Shown here: positions 42,070 to 50,767 of the stretch, in pieces
Numbering within the stretch: position 1 is the first letter of the stretch
How the letters are laid out: every line of letters starts with the position of its first letter
Assembly: GCA_963711835.1 (NCBI GenBank)
Contig: CAVQFQ010000005.1
Coordinates: 329,759 to 393,758 of the forward strand
Length of the DNA: 64,000 bases
Reading direction: 5' to 3'
DNA from: an uncultured delta proteobacterium
GTDB taxonomy: Bacteria; Desulfobacterota; RBG-13-43-22
The notes under the pieces: generated by a model
Seen by the model: only the letters and a program-made list of their open reading frames with translations
What the model was told of the DNA's origin: nothing
Databases searched by the model: none
Position numbers and translations under genes: made by a program

Positions 42070-44364
42070 ATGAAGGGAATATTCATCATGGAAAAAGGAT
42101 CGCCCCATTCGACCATCAACCGCATTGGGTTCATCGGCAACTACCTGCCGCGCAAGTGCGGCATCGCCACGTTTACCACCGACTTATGTGAGGCCATCGC
42201 CGCCGAATACGAGGGCACGACCTGTATTGCCCTGCCCGTTAATGACCTCGAGGCCGGTTACGCCTACCCGGCCCGCGTTCGCTTTGAACTGACCGAGAAG
42301 GATATTGACTCCTACCGCCGCGCCGCCGACTTCCTGAATATCAACAGCGTGGACCTCGTCTGCCTGCAACACGAATACGGCATCTTTGGCGGGCGGGCCG
42401 GCAGTCACATCCTGGCTCTCCTTCGTGAATTGCGCATGCCCGTCGTGACGACCTTCCACACCATTCTGCAGGACCCCGACCTTGATCAGCAACGGGTGTT
42501 GGAAGAAGTTGCGGCCCTGTCCGATCGGTTGGTGGTTATGAGTCAGCGCGGCAGGGAATTCTTACAAAAAATCTATGGGGTCCGGCCGGAGAAGATTGAT
42601 TTCATCCCCCACGGCATCCCTGATGTGCCCTTTATGGACCCCAGTTTCCACAAAGACCTTTTTGGCGTTGAGGGCAAAACCGTCTTACTCAGTTTTGGTT
42701 TGCTCTCAGCGAACAAAGGGATCGAAACGGTTATTGCCGCTCTGCCCGCCATTTTGGCCCGCCATCCGAACGTGGTCTACATCATCCTTGGCGCCACCCA
42801 TCCCCACGTCTTGCGGAACGAAGGCGAAATGTATCGGCTGTCCCTGCAATGGCTGGCTCAGGAGAAAGGTGTGGAAGGTCAGGTGATCTTCTACAACCGC
42901 TTTGTCAGTTTGGAGGAACTGGTCGAATTCATCGGCGCGGCGGACATTTATATCACCCCTTATCTCAACGAGGCCCAGATCACCTCGGGTACCCTGGCCT
43001 ACACCCTGGGAGCGGGCAAGGCCGTGATTTCGACACCCTACTGGTATGCGGAAGAGATGCTAGGCGGAAAACGGGGAGCCTTAGTGCCCTTTCGCGATCC
43101 GGCGGCCTTGGCTGAGCAAGTGATCAACTTGTTGGACAACGAGTCCAAACGCCACGCCATGCGCAAACGGGCTTATCTGTTCGGGCGGGCGATGATCTGG
43201 CCTATTGTGGCGCGAAGCTACATGGAGAGTTTTAAACGAGCCCGGGACGAACGTCGTCATTTCACCCCGTCGGGCTTTGCGGTCAAACCGCTCGATAAAC
43301 GTCCGGGCGAACTTCCCCCTCTCAAACTCGATCATTTATACCTCATGACGGACGACACCGGCATGTTGCAACACGCCACTTTCACAATACCCAACTATCG
43401 GGAGGGTTATAGCATCGACGACAACGCCCGGGCCCTGATCGTCAGCACTCTTTTGGAGGAACTGGGCAGCGGCGAGGCCTTCAAACTGGCTTCCCATTAT
43501 CTCGCTTTCATCGGGTATGCCTTTAATACAGAGACCGGGCGATTTCGCAATTTTATGGATTACCAGCGTAATTGGTTGGAAAAAAACGGTTCCGACGACA
43601 GCCATGGCCGCACCTTGTGGGCCTTGGGCACCGTCTTGGGCCGCTCAAACACGCCGGCCCTCCAGAGTATGGCCGGCTGGGTGTTCGAGCAGGCCTTGCC
43701 GGCCATTCTCAAGACCACCAGCCCCCGGGCCTGGGCCTTCGCCCTCATCGGTATCCATGAGTATCTAAGGCGTTTTGAAGGTGACCGCAGGGCCAACCAG
43801 GTTCGGGATGAATTGGCCGGGCGATTGCTCACCTTATATAACAACAGCCGTTCGGATAAATGGTGCTGGTATGAGGCCGGTTTGACCTATTGCAACGCTG
43901 CGCTGCCACAGGCCCTGCTTATGTGCGGCCAATGGATCCCGGATAAGGCCATGACCGAGGCCGGACTGGAGTCGCTCCATTGGCTGGCCGACTTGCAGCG
44001 GGCTGACGCGGCTGGGGGTCATTTTGTACCCATCGGCTCCAATGGCTTTTATCAACGCGGTGGTGAACGGGCCCGGTTCGATCAACAGCCGGTCGAGGCC
44101 CAAACCATGGCCTCCGCCTGTCTCGAAGCTTACCGGAGTACCGGAGACGAACGCTGGCGCAAGGAGGCCCGCCGCGCCTTCGACTGGTTCCTCGGGCGCA
44201 ACGACTTGAACCTGCCCGTTTACGACCCGACGACGGGAGGTTGCCGGGACGGCCTCCATCCCGACCGCCCAAATGAAAATCAAGGCGCGGAGTCGACGCT
44301 CGCCTTTCTTCAGACCTTATTGGAACTGCGCCTGGCTGAGAACGCCCTTCAGCCGACCGCTTAA
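42070..44364 (+). CDS. GT4 glycosyltransferase fused to a C-terminal (alpha/alpha)6-barrel-like domain
   Basis: PRKCGIATFT, QHEYGIFGG, ITSGTL; C-terminal DDNARAL, FDQQPVEA, NQGAESTL. Confidence 0.88.
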   Translation: MKGIFIMEKGSPHSTINRIGFIGNYLPRKCGIATFTTDLCEAIAAEYEGTTCIALPVNDLEAGYAYPARVRFELTEKDIDSYRRAADFLNINSVDLVCLQHEYGIFGGRAGSHILALLRELRMPVVTTFHTILQDPDLDQQRVLEEVAALSDRLVVMSQRGREFLQKIYGVRPEKIDFIPHGIPDVPFMDPSFHKDLFGVEGKTVLLSFGLLSANKGIETVIAALPAILARHPNVVYIILGATHPHVLRNEGEMYRLSLQWLAQEKGVEGQVIFYNRFVSLEELVEFIGAADIYITPYLNEAQITSGTLAYTLGAGKAVISTPYWYAEEMLGGKRGALVPFRDPAALAEQVINLLDNESKRHAMRKRAYLFGRAMIWPIVARSYMESFKRARDERRHFTPSGFAVKPLDKRPGELPPLKLDHLYLMTDDTGMLQHATFTIPNYREGYSIDDNARALIVSTLLEELGSGEAFKLASHYLAFIGYAFNTETGRFRNFMDYQRNWLEKNGSDDSHGRTLWALGTVLGRSNTPALQSMAGWVFEQALPAILKTTSPRAWAFALIGIHEYLRRFEGDRRANQVRDELAGRLLTLYNNSRSDKWCWYEAGLTYCNAALPQALLMCGQWIPDKAMTEAGLESLHWLADLQRADAAGGHFVPIGSNGFYQRGGERARFDQQPVEAQTMASACLEAYRSTGDERWRKEARRAFDWFLGRNDLNLPVYDPTTGGCRDGLHPDRPNENQGAESTLAFLQTLLELRLAENALQPTA

Positions 44365-44379
44365 CCTAAAGGACTATCT

Positions 44380-45405
44380 ATGCGCATTGCGATGCTGTCA
44401 CCGATTGCCTGGCGCACGCCACCGCGACATTACGGCCCCTGGGAAAGCGTGGTCTCCCTTTTGACCGAGGGGCTGGTCTCGCGCGGTCATGATGTTACCC
44501 TCTTTGCAACCGGTGATTCGGAAACAAGCGGCAAGCTGCATGCCGTCTGCGCCCGGGGCTATGAAGAAGACCCTTCCATTCTGCCAAAAGTATGGGAGTG
44601 CCTGCATATTTCGGAACTCTTTGAGCATGCGGACGATTTTGATATTATTCATAATCATTTTGACTTTTTGCCCTTGACCTATACCGGCCTTGTCACCACC
44701 CCGTTCGTGGCCACCATTCACGGCTTTTCATCGCCCGGGATTTTACCTGTTTACAAAAAATATAACCACAAAGTATTTTATGTTTCCATCAGCGATGCCG
44801 ACCGGTCTCCGGATCTTGACTATATCAAAACCATCCATCACGGCCTTGATATGAAGCAGTTTGATTTTCAGCCTGAACCGGAAGATTATCTCCTCTTTTT
44901 CGGCCGCATTCACCCCGACAAGGGTGCCAGAGAGGCCCTTGAAATTGCCAGGGCCTGCAATAAAAAGCTGATCATGGCCGGAATCATTCAGGATGAGGCC
45001 TACTATCACCAAGACGTCGAACCGCACCTGGACGAACAAACTGCGGTCTATGTCGGTAGCGTCGGGCCGATTCAGCGAAACCGGCTGCTTAAGAAGGCCT
45101 ATGCGCTTCTCCATCCCATAAATTTCAATGAGCCTTTCGGACTTTCTGTTATAGAGTCCATGGCCTGCGGCACCCCCATAATCGCCTTTGACCGGGGGAG
45201 CATGCCTGAACTGATCGAAGACGGCAAAACCGGTTTTCTTGTTAACACTATCGATGAGGCCATAGACGCTGTGGCTCATATAAAAGAGATAGATCGAGCC
45301 TGCTGTCGCCGCCATGTTGAACAGCACTTCACCGTCGATCGTATGGTTGAAGAATATATTCAGGTCTATGAAACCATTCTTAAAAAGAGAGGAACCCCGA
45401 AATAG
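44380..45405 (+). CDS. GT4 glycosyltransferase
   Basis: PPRHYGPWE, GRIHPDKG, EPFGLSVIESMACGTP. Confidence 0.92.
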   Translation: MRIAMLSPIAWRTPPRHYGPWESVVSLLTEGLVSRGHDVTLFATGDSETSGKLHAVCARGYEEDPSILPKVWECLHISELFEHADDFDIIHNHFDFLPLTYTGLVTTPFVATIHGFSSPGILPVYKKYNHKVFYVSISDADRSPDLDYIKTIHHGLDMKQFDFQPEPEDYLLFFGRIHPDKGAREALEIARACNKKLIMAGIIQDEAYYHQDVEPHLDEQTAVYVGSVGPIQRNRLLKKAYALLHPINFNEPFGLSVIESMACGTPIIAFDRGSMPELIEDGKTGFLVNTIDEAIDAVAHIKEIDRACCRRHVEQHFTVDRMVEEYIQVYETILKKRGTPK

Positions 45406-45408
45406 ACG

Positions 45409-46350
45409 ATGACACCACAGGCTCCCCTTATAAAACGTTATAAAAAAAACCCCATTCTCACCAAAGATGATGTCCCCTACCCTGTGGCCACGGTCCATAA
45501 TGCCGGTATCGTCAAGCAAAACGGCCGCTACATTATGCTTTTCAGGTCGCATTTGCACAACGGGCGCTCTATCATCGGCCGGGCCGACAGTGCGGATGGG
45601 TTTTCCTTTACGGTCCACCCGGAACCCTTTCTCACCCCGGCCAAGGACACCATTTTTGCGGCCTATGAGGAGTACGGAGTTGAGGACCTGCGCATTAACC
45701 CTATGGAGGGCGAATATCTTCTTACCTACAGCGCCTACTCCCGCCACGGGGTGCGCATCGTGCTTGCCCGAACAAAAGACTTTAAAAGCATCGAGCGCGT
45801 CGCGCTGATCACCCAGGCCGACCTTCGCAATGTGGTTATTTTCCCCGAGAAATTCCAAGGACGCTATGCGCGTCTGGACCGGCCGCATTCCGAAATTTCA
45901 CCCTGGTCCATCTGGATTTCTTATTCCCCGGACCTGGTGCACTGGGGCGATTCACGGGTGATTATGAAGCCGGTCCCCTATCACTGGGATGAAATGAAAA
46001 TCGGGCCCGGAGCACCGCCCTTTAAAACCGACCAAGGCTGGCTGCATATTTACCATGGCGTCTTTAAGACTATGGCTGGTGCGGTGTATCGCCTTGGCGC
46101 GGCTCTGCATGATCTTAATGATCCGGGGAAAATCATCGGCGTTTCCGATCAGTGGATACTGCAGCCCGAGGATCCCTGGGAAGTGAGCGGTTACGTACCC
46201 AATGTTGTTTTTACCTGCGGCGCTGTTCCGGAGGACGACGGGTCGATAAAAATTTACTGGGGCGGCGCTGATACCGTCATGTGCGCCGGCACGGCAGTGA
46301 TTGATGACCTGGTCCAGTTATGTCTCACCAAGACCAGGGCGGCCCTGTAA
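45409..46350 (+). CDS. GH130 glycoside phosphorylase/mannosidase
   Basis: NPIL, YGVEDLRI, RNVVIFPEK, KIGPGAPP, GYVPNVVF.CG, YWGGADT. Confidence 0.9.
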   Translation: MTPQAPLIKRYKKNPILTKDDVPYPVATVHNAGIVKQNGRYIMLFRSHLHNGRSIIGRADSADGFSFTVHPEPFLTPAKDTIFAAYEEYGVEDLRINPMEGEYLLTYSAYSRHGVRIVLARTKDFKSIERVALITQADLRNVVIFPEKFQGRYARLDRPHSEISPWSIWISYSPDLVHWGDSRVIMKPVPYHWDEMKIGPGAPPFKTDQGWLHIYHGVFKTMAGAVYRLGAALHDLNDPGKIIGVSDQWILQPEDPWEVSGYVPNVVFTCGAVPEDDGSIKIYWGGADTVMCAGTAVIDDLVQLCLTKTRAAL

Positions 46351-46403
46351 CCAAGGCGAATAATAAATCTAAAACTAACCAAACCTATTTGAAATTTTGG
46401 GAT

Positions 46404-46460
46404 GGTCATAGGGGGTCTTGTTTTTGGGGATTGTCCAAAAAAACAAGACCCTCTATGACC
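46404..46460. terminator. Long near-perfect hairpin between the two GH130 genes
   Basis: ggtcatagggggtcttgtttttgggga-ttg-tccaaaaaaacaagaccctctatgacc. Confidence 0.5.
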
Positions 46461-46535
46461 CTGGTATAAAATGTTAGAGATGAATTCTCAGATGATCTAA
46501 TGTAAGAATCTAACCCTATCAAGGAGTCCTGTCTA

Positions 46536-48014
46536 ATGATCCAAAAACAATTATCCCAGTTAATAGTCAAACGAAAAAGGAATAAAATCTTAAGGGACCC
46601 TTCACGCGTCATTACCCGGCTTCATTTGCCGGACGGTGAGTATCGCATAGCTAAGATCATTCAACGCATAGTGGATTTGCCTAACACAACAGCCAAAGAC
46701 ATTCTCGCCCAAATATTGATTGATTTTTCCGAACGACACAAAAACATCAAAGGTATTTTTGCGCGTCACCTGAATGAGGTCAATGACTATATTCCTCGGG
46801 AAGCCGTGCTCAGCGAGACCAAAATGGCTCTCATCGGGGCCTATTTTACTATGGAGTACTCCATTGAATCGGCGGCCCTTTTTAACCCTTCTATTGTCCC
46901 GCATCCTGATCAAAACCATCTTGACCAGGGCAGCTTGCGCTTTATCATGAGCCTGCGGGCGACCGGCGAAGGTCATGTTTCCTCGATTGTATTTCGCAGC
47001 GGTATTCTTGACTCGGACAACAGGGTTCTCTTCAACCCGACCAGCGATTACGTCGAAACGCCAGAGGTCCATTTGGATTCGGTTTACGACCGGCATCTCT
47101 TTGATCTGAAGCTTCTCGAAATGGGAGCCAGCAATGAGGTAACCGCTCATCTTCTTAACCAGTTGCCGGAAAATTTCACCTATAACGAACTAAAAAATAA
47201 AATTGAATCGCTTCGCACGACCCCGGTTTTCCCTATTATGGTCCAAAATAAGATCTTCGAGGTTATGTACTGGCTTATCAATTCTAATTATGAAATAAAC
47301 TTCCACCCCAATCATCGAATTTCCGAACGGGTTATCTTTCCCGTTTCCAAAAACGAAAGCAACGGTATTGAAGATGCCCGCTTCGTGAAATTTATCGATG
47401 ACAATGGTGAGGTTACCTACTACGCAACCTATACGGCTTATAATGAGTTGACCATTCTGCCACAGCTGATTACCACCAAGGAATTTCTTAAATTTAATAT
47501 AGTAACCCTCAATGGCAAGGCAGTACAAAACAAAGGCATGGCTCTTTTCCCACGTAAAATTGACGGCCAATACGTCATGCTTTCCCGTCAGGACGGTGAA
47601 AACAATCACATCATGTTCTCAGACAATATCCATTTCTGGCAGGAGTCTAAAATCATCCAGGAACCGACACGTCCCTGGGAATTTATTCAGATCGGCAACT
47701 GCGGCTCACCCTTGGAGACCGATGAAGGATGGCTGGTACTCACCCACGGGGTCGGGCCCATGCGTCAATATTGCATTGGCGCCATACTCCTTGATCTTGA
47801 AAATCCGGCAAAAATCACCGCCCGTCTGGAAGAACCGTTACTGTCACCGCACGAGGAAGAGCGCGAGGGGTATGTCCCCAATGTCGTTTATAGCTGCGGT
47901 GCGATTATCCACAACAACGAGTTGGTCATTCCCTATGCCATGGCTGATGTCATGTCTGGCATAGCAACCGTTGGAGTAAGGGATTTAATCAATTCCATGC
48001 AACCGGTAGTTTAA
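46536..48014 (+). CDS. GH130-like glycosidase, long form
   Basis: EYSIESAALFNPSIV, SLRATGEGHVSS, NGIEDARFV, NKGMALFPRKI, REGYVPNVVYSCG. Confidence 0.88.
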   Translation: MIQKQLSQLIVKRKRNKILRDPSRVITRLHLPDGEYRIAKIIQRIVDLPNTTAKDILAQILIDFSERHKNIKGIFARHLNEVNDYIPREAVLSETKMALIGAYFTMEYSIESAALFNPSIVPHPDQNHLDQGSLRFIMSLRATGEGHVSSIVFRSGILDSDNRVLFNPTSDYVETPEVHLDSVYDRHLFDLKLLEMGASNEVTAHLLNQLPENFTYNELKNKIESLRTTPVFPIMVQNKIFEVMYWLINSNYEINFHPNHRISERVIFPVSKNESNGIEDARFVKFIDDNGEVTYYATYTAYNELTILPQLITTKEFLKFNIVTLNGKAVQNKGMALFPRKIDGQYVMLSRQDGENNHIMFSDNIHFWQESKIIQEPTRPWEFIQIGNCGSPLETDEGWLVLTHGVGPMRQYCIGAILLDLENPAKITARLEEPLLSPHEEEREGYVPNVVYSCGAIIHNNELVIPYAMADVMSGIATVGVRDLINSMQPVV

Positions 48015-48225
48015 TGATCTTGGGATGGGTTCAAGAAGCCTGCGGGCCAACCTCGAACGTTTTCCAAACAAAATCGTGGGGCATTGAAAATCCGCGTACT
48101 CCCTAATACGATCATGAAGCAGAGCCTCCTCTTTATCATTAAGTGGCCAGATGCCCCTACAGCCCTCGAAGTGAGTGGAATTTCCCTGAACGCCAGGGCC
48201 CCGCTCGATCCGTCGCGAGTATAAT

Positions 48226-49605
48226 ATGACCAATCCATCAATTTTCAAAGCCTACGATATCCGCGGCGTTTACGGTGTTGATTTGGATGACACAACCGCT
48301 TACAAGATCGGCTATTCTTACGCCCAAATGAGAAAAAAAGAATGGCCACTAGATCGGCCGCTGCAAATAGCGGTTGCTGCGGATATGCGCCTTTCTTCGC
48401 CGACGCTCAAGGATAAATTAATTCAAGGTCTGATCCATGGCGGTGTGGATGTTGTGGATATCGGACTGGCCTCCACTCCGACTTTTTATTTCGCGGTAGC
48501 TAATTACAATTACGACGGCGGAGTCTTGGTTTCGGCCTCGCACAATCCCAAGGAATATAACGGCTTCAAGCTGGTGCGCCAAAAGGCCTTGCCGATGAGC
48601 GGCGAAGGCGGTCTATATGAGTTAAGGGAGATGGTGGCCAAACTGGAATTAGCAAACATCAAGCCGCCGGCAACGGCCAATTCTTTGTCAGCTAACGGGG
48701 ATGTACTGGCGGATCAGGTAGCGCATGATCTTAAATTTGCCGACTCAAAAGAAATAAATAAATTTAAAATTGTGATCGATCCGGCCAATGCCATGGGCGC
48801 GCTTTATTTTGACGAGCTATTCAAAAATATTCCGCAATTGAAAATTATCCGCATGAATTGGGAATTGGACGGCTCTTTTCCAGCGCACGAGGCGGATCCG
48901 TTCAAAGAAGAAAACCTGCGCGGCTTATGCGCGCGGGTCAAACAAGAGAATGCCGATTTAGGCATAACTACCGACGGCGACGGCGACCGCATATTTTTTG
49001 TAGACAATAACGGAGAGCCGGTGGAGCCGGGAATAACGCGGGCGATCCTTTGCAAAATATTTTTGCGCGAAAACCCAGGCGCGAAAATCTGCTATGACAT
49101 CCGGCCGGGAAAGATTACCTATGATACTATTATTGAGAATGGCGGCCAGCCGATAGTCACGCGGGTCGGGCATTCGCTTATTAAGGAAAAAACCATTGAA
49201 GAAGGCGCGGTATTTGCCGGCGAATCATCCGGACATTTCTTTCTGAACATGGGGGAAGAGGGCTGTTATGAAGTGCCTTTAATTGTCACTTTAAAAATTC
49301 TGGCCGAGCTGTCGCTAAGCGGACTAAATTTCAGCGAAACTATCAAGCCGTATAAAAGATATTTTCATTCCGGCGAAATAAACTCACGCGTCGAGAATGC
49401 GGCCGAAAAAATTAAAGAGATAAAAGAAAAATATAAAGACGGACAACAAAACGATCTAGACGGCATTACCATTGAGTATCCGGAATTCTGGTTCAATGTC
49501 CGCGGCTCCAACACCGAACCGCTTCTCCGCCTAAATCTGGAGGCCAAGACCAAAGAGCTAATGGAAGAAAAACGAGATGAAGTGCTGGGTATAATAAGAA
49601 AATGA
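48226..49605 (+). CDS. Phosphomannomutase/phosphoglucomutase (ManB-like)
   Basis: FKAYDIRG, SASHNP, DGDGDR, GESSGH, RGSNTEP. Confidence 0.93.
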   Translation: MTNPSIFKAYDIRGVYGVDLDDTTAYKIGYSYAQMRKKEWPLDRPLQIAVAADMRLSSPTLKDKLIQGLIHGGVDVVDIGLASTPTFYFAVANYNYDGGVLVSASHNPKEYNGFKLVRQKALPMSGEGGLYELREMVAKLELANIKPPATANSLSANGDVLADQVAHDLKFADSKEINKFKIVIDPANAMGALYFDELFKNIPQLKIIRMNWELDGSFPAHEADPFKEENLRGLCARVKQENADLGITTDGDGDRIFFVDNNGEPVEPGITRAILCKIFLRENPGAKICYDIRPGKITYDTIIENGGQPIVTRVGHSLIKEKTIEEGAVFAGESSGHFFLNMGEEGCYEVPLIVTLKILAELSLSGLNFSETIKPYKRYFHSGEINSRVENAAEKIKEIKEKYKDGQQNDLDGITIEYPEFWFNVRGSNTEPLLRLNLEAKTKELMEEKRDEVLGIIRK

Positions 49606-49680
49606 AATGACCATTCCCCTGAGGATCCTCCGTTAAGACGAATTTTCTACAAATGCCTGATAAGGAGTAAGAAGGTTTTT

Positions 49681-50742
49681 ATGCCCCATTCCATCATTAC
49701 CCGAACCGGAAGCTATATCCCGGCCCAACAGGTGGCCAATGAACATTTTTTGACCCATGCCTTCTACGGGCCCGACGGGGAAAAAATAGAAAGGCCGAAC
49801 TCGGAGATTGTCGCCAGGCTTCAGGAAATTACCTGTATTCAGGAACGGCGCTATGTGACTGATGACCTCAACACCTCGGATATCGCCTTTTTATCGGCCG
49901 AAAAGGCCTTGGAAGGGGTGGATCGGGAGACCCTGGATTATATAATCGTCGGCCACAATTTCGGCGACGTGAGTCCGGACAATTTTCAATCCGACCTGGT
50001 TCCCTCCATCGCCGCCCGGGTAAAGCACAAATTGAGGATAAAAAACCCCTATACGGTGGCCTTTGACGTGCCCTTCGGCTGTCCGGGCTGGCTCCAGGCC
50101 CTGATCATGGCCGACTATTATATCAAATCCGGAGATGCCCAAAAAATTCTGGTCATCGGGGCGGAGACTCTTTCCCGGGTTTCCGATCCGCACGATATGG
50201 ACAGCATGATCTATTCCGATGGCGCCGGTGCAGCTCTGTTGGAAGCAACCGACAGAAAAGCAGGCATTCTTTCTCACGTAACCCGGTCGGACACGTATCA
50301 GGAAGCCTTCCTGTTGCGCATGGCCAGATCCTATCACCCAAACTCCAATGGAAACAGGCTGTTCCTCAAAATGAACGGCCATGAGGTTTATAAATACGCT
50401 CTGAAGCATGTGCCGGAGGTGGTCAAACGCTGCCTGGAAGGCGGAGGATTTACCCTGGCGGACGTGGCCAAGCTCCTTATCCACCAGGCCAATCAAAAAA
50501 TGGATGAGGCCATTTTGAAACGCCTGTTCAAACTCTATGGCCTCCAGGATATTCCGGAGGATATCATGCCCATGACCATTTCCTGGCTGGGCAATAGTTC
50601 AGTGGCCACGCTGCCGACGCTGCTGGATCTGATCTTGCGGGGCAAGGTGGAAAACCAGTGTCTTCAATCCGGGGACCTGGTCGTTTTTGCCTCGGTCGGA
50701 GGCGGGATGAATATCAACGCTATGGCCTACCGGATGCCTTAA
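49681..50742 (+). CDS. 3-oxoacyl-ACP synthase III (FabH-like)
   Basis: Catalytic FGCPGW, HQAN, GNSSVAT. Confidence 0.88.
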   Translation: MPHSIITRTGSYIPAQQVANEHFLTHAFYGPDGEKIERPNSEIVARLQEITCIQERRYVTDDLNTSDIAFLSAEKALEGVDRETLDYIIVGHNFGDVSPDNFQSDLVPSIAARVKHKLRIKNPYTVAFDVPFGCPGWLQALIMADYYIKSGDAQKILVIGAETLSRVSDPHDMDSMIYSDGAGAALLEATDRKAGILSHVTRSDTYQEAFLLRMARSYHPNSNGNRLFLKMNGHEVYKYALKHVPEVVKRCLEGGGFTLADVAKLLIHQANQKMDEAILKRLFKLYGLQDIPEDIMPMTISWLGNSSVATLPTLLDLILRGKVENQCLQSGDLVVFASVGGGMNINAMAYRMP

Positions 50743-50767
50743 CCCGCATCTTTAGGTGGTTTATATA

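Noticed and set aside
44743-45888. 381-aa minus-strand ORF and other long antisense ORFs
   Set aside because: They overlap well-supported + strand genes and have no recognisable motifs.
9300-50742. Island as a prophage, ICE or defence island
   Set aside because: No integrase, tRNA/att site, phage structural, conjugation or recognisable defence genes.
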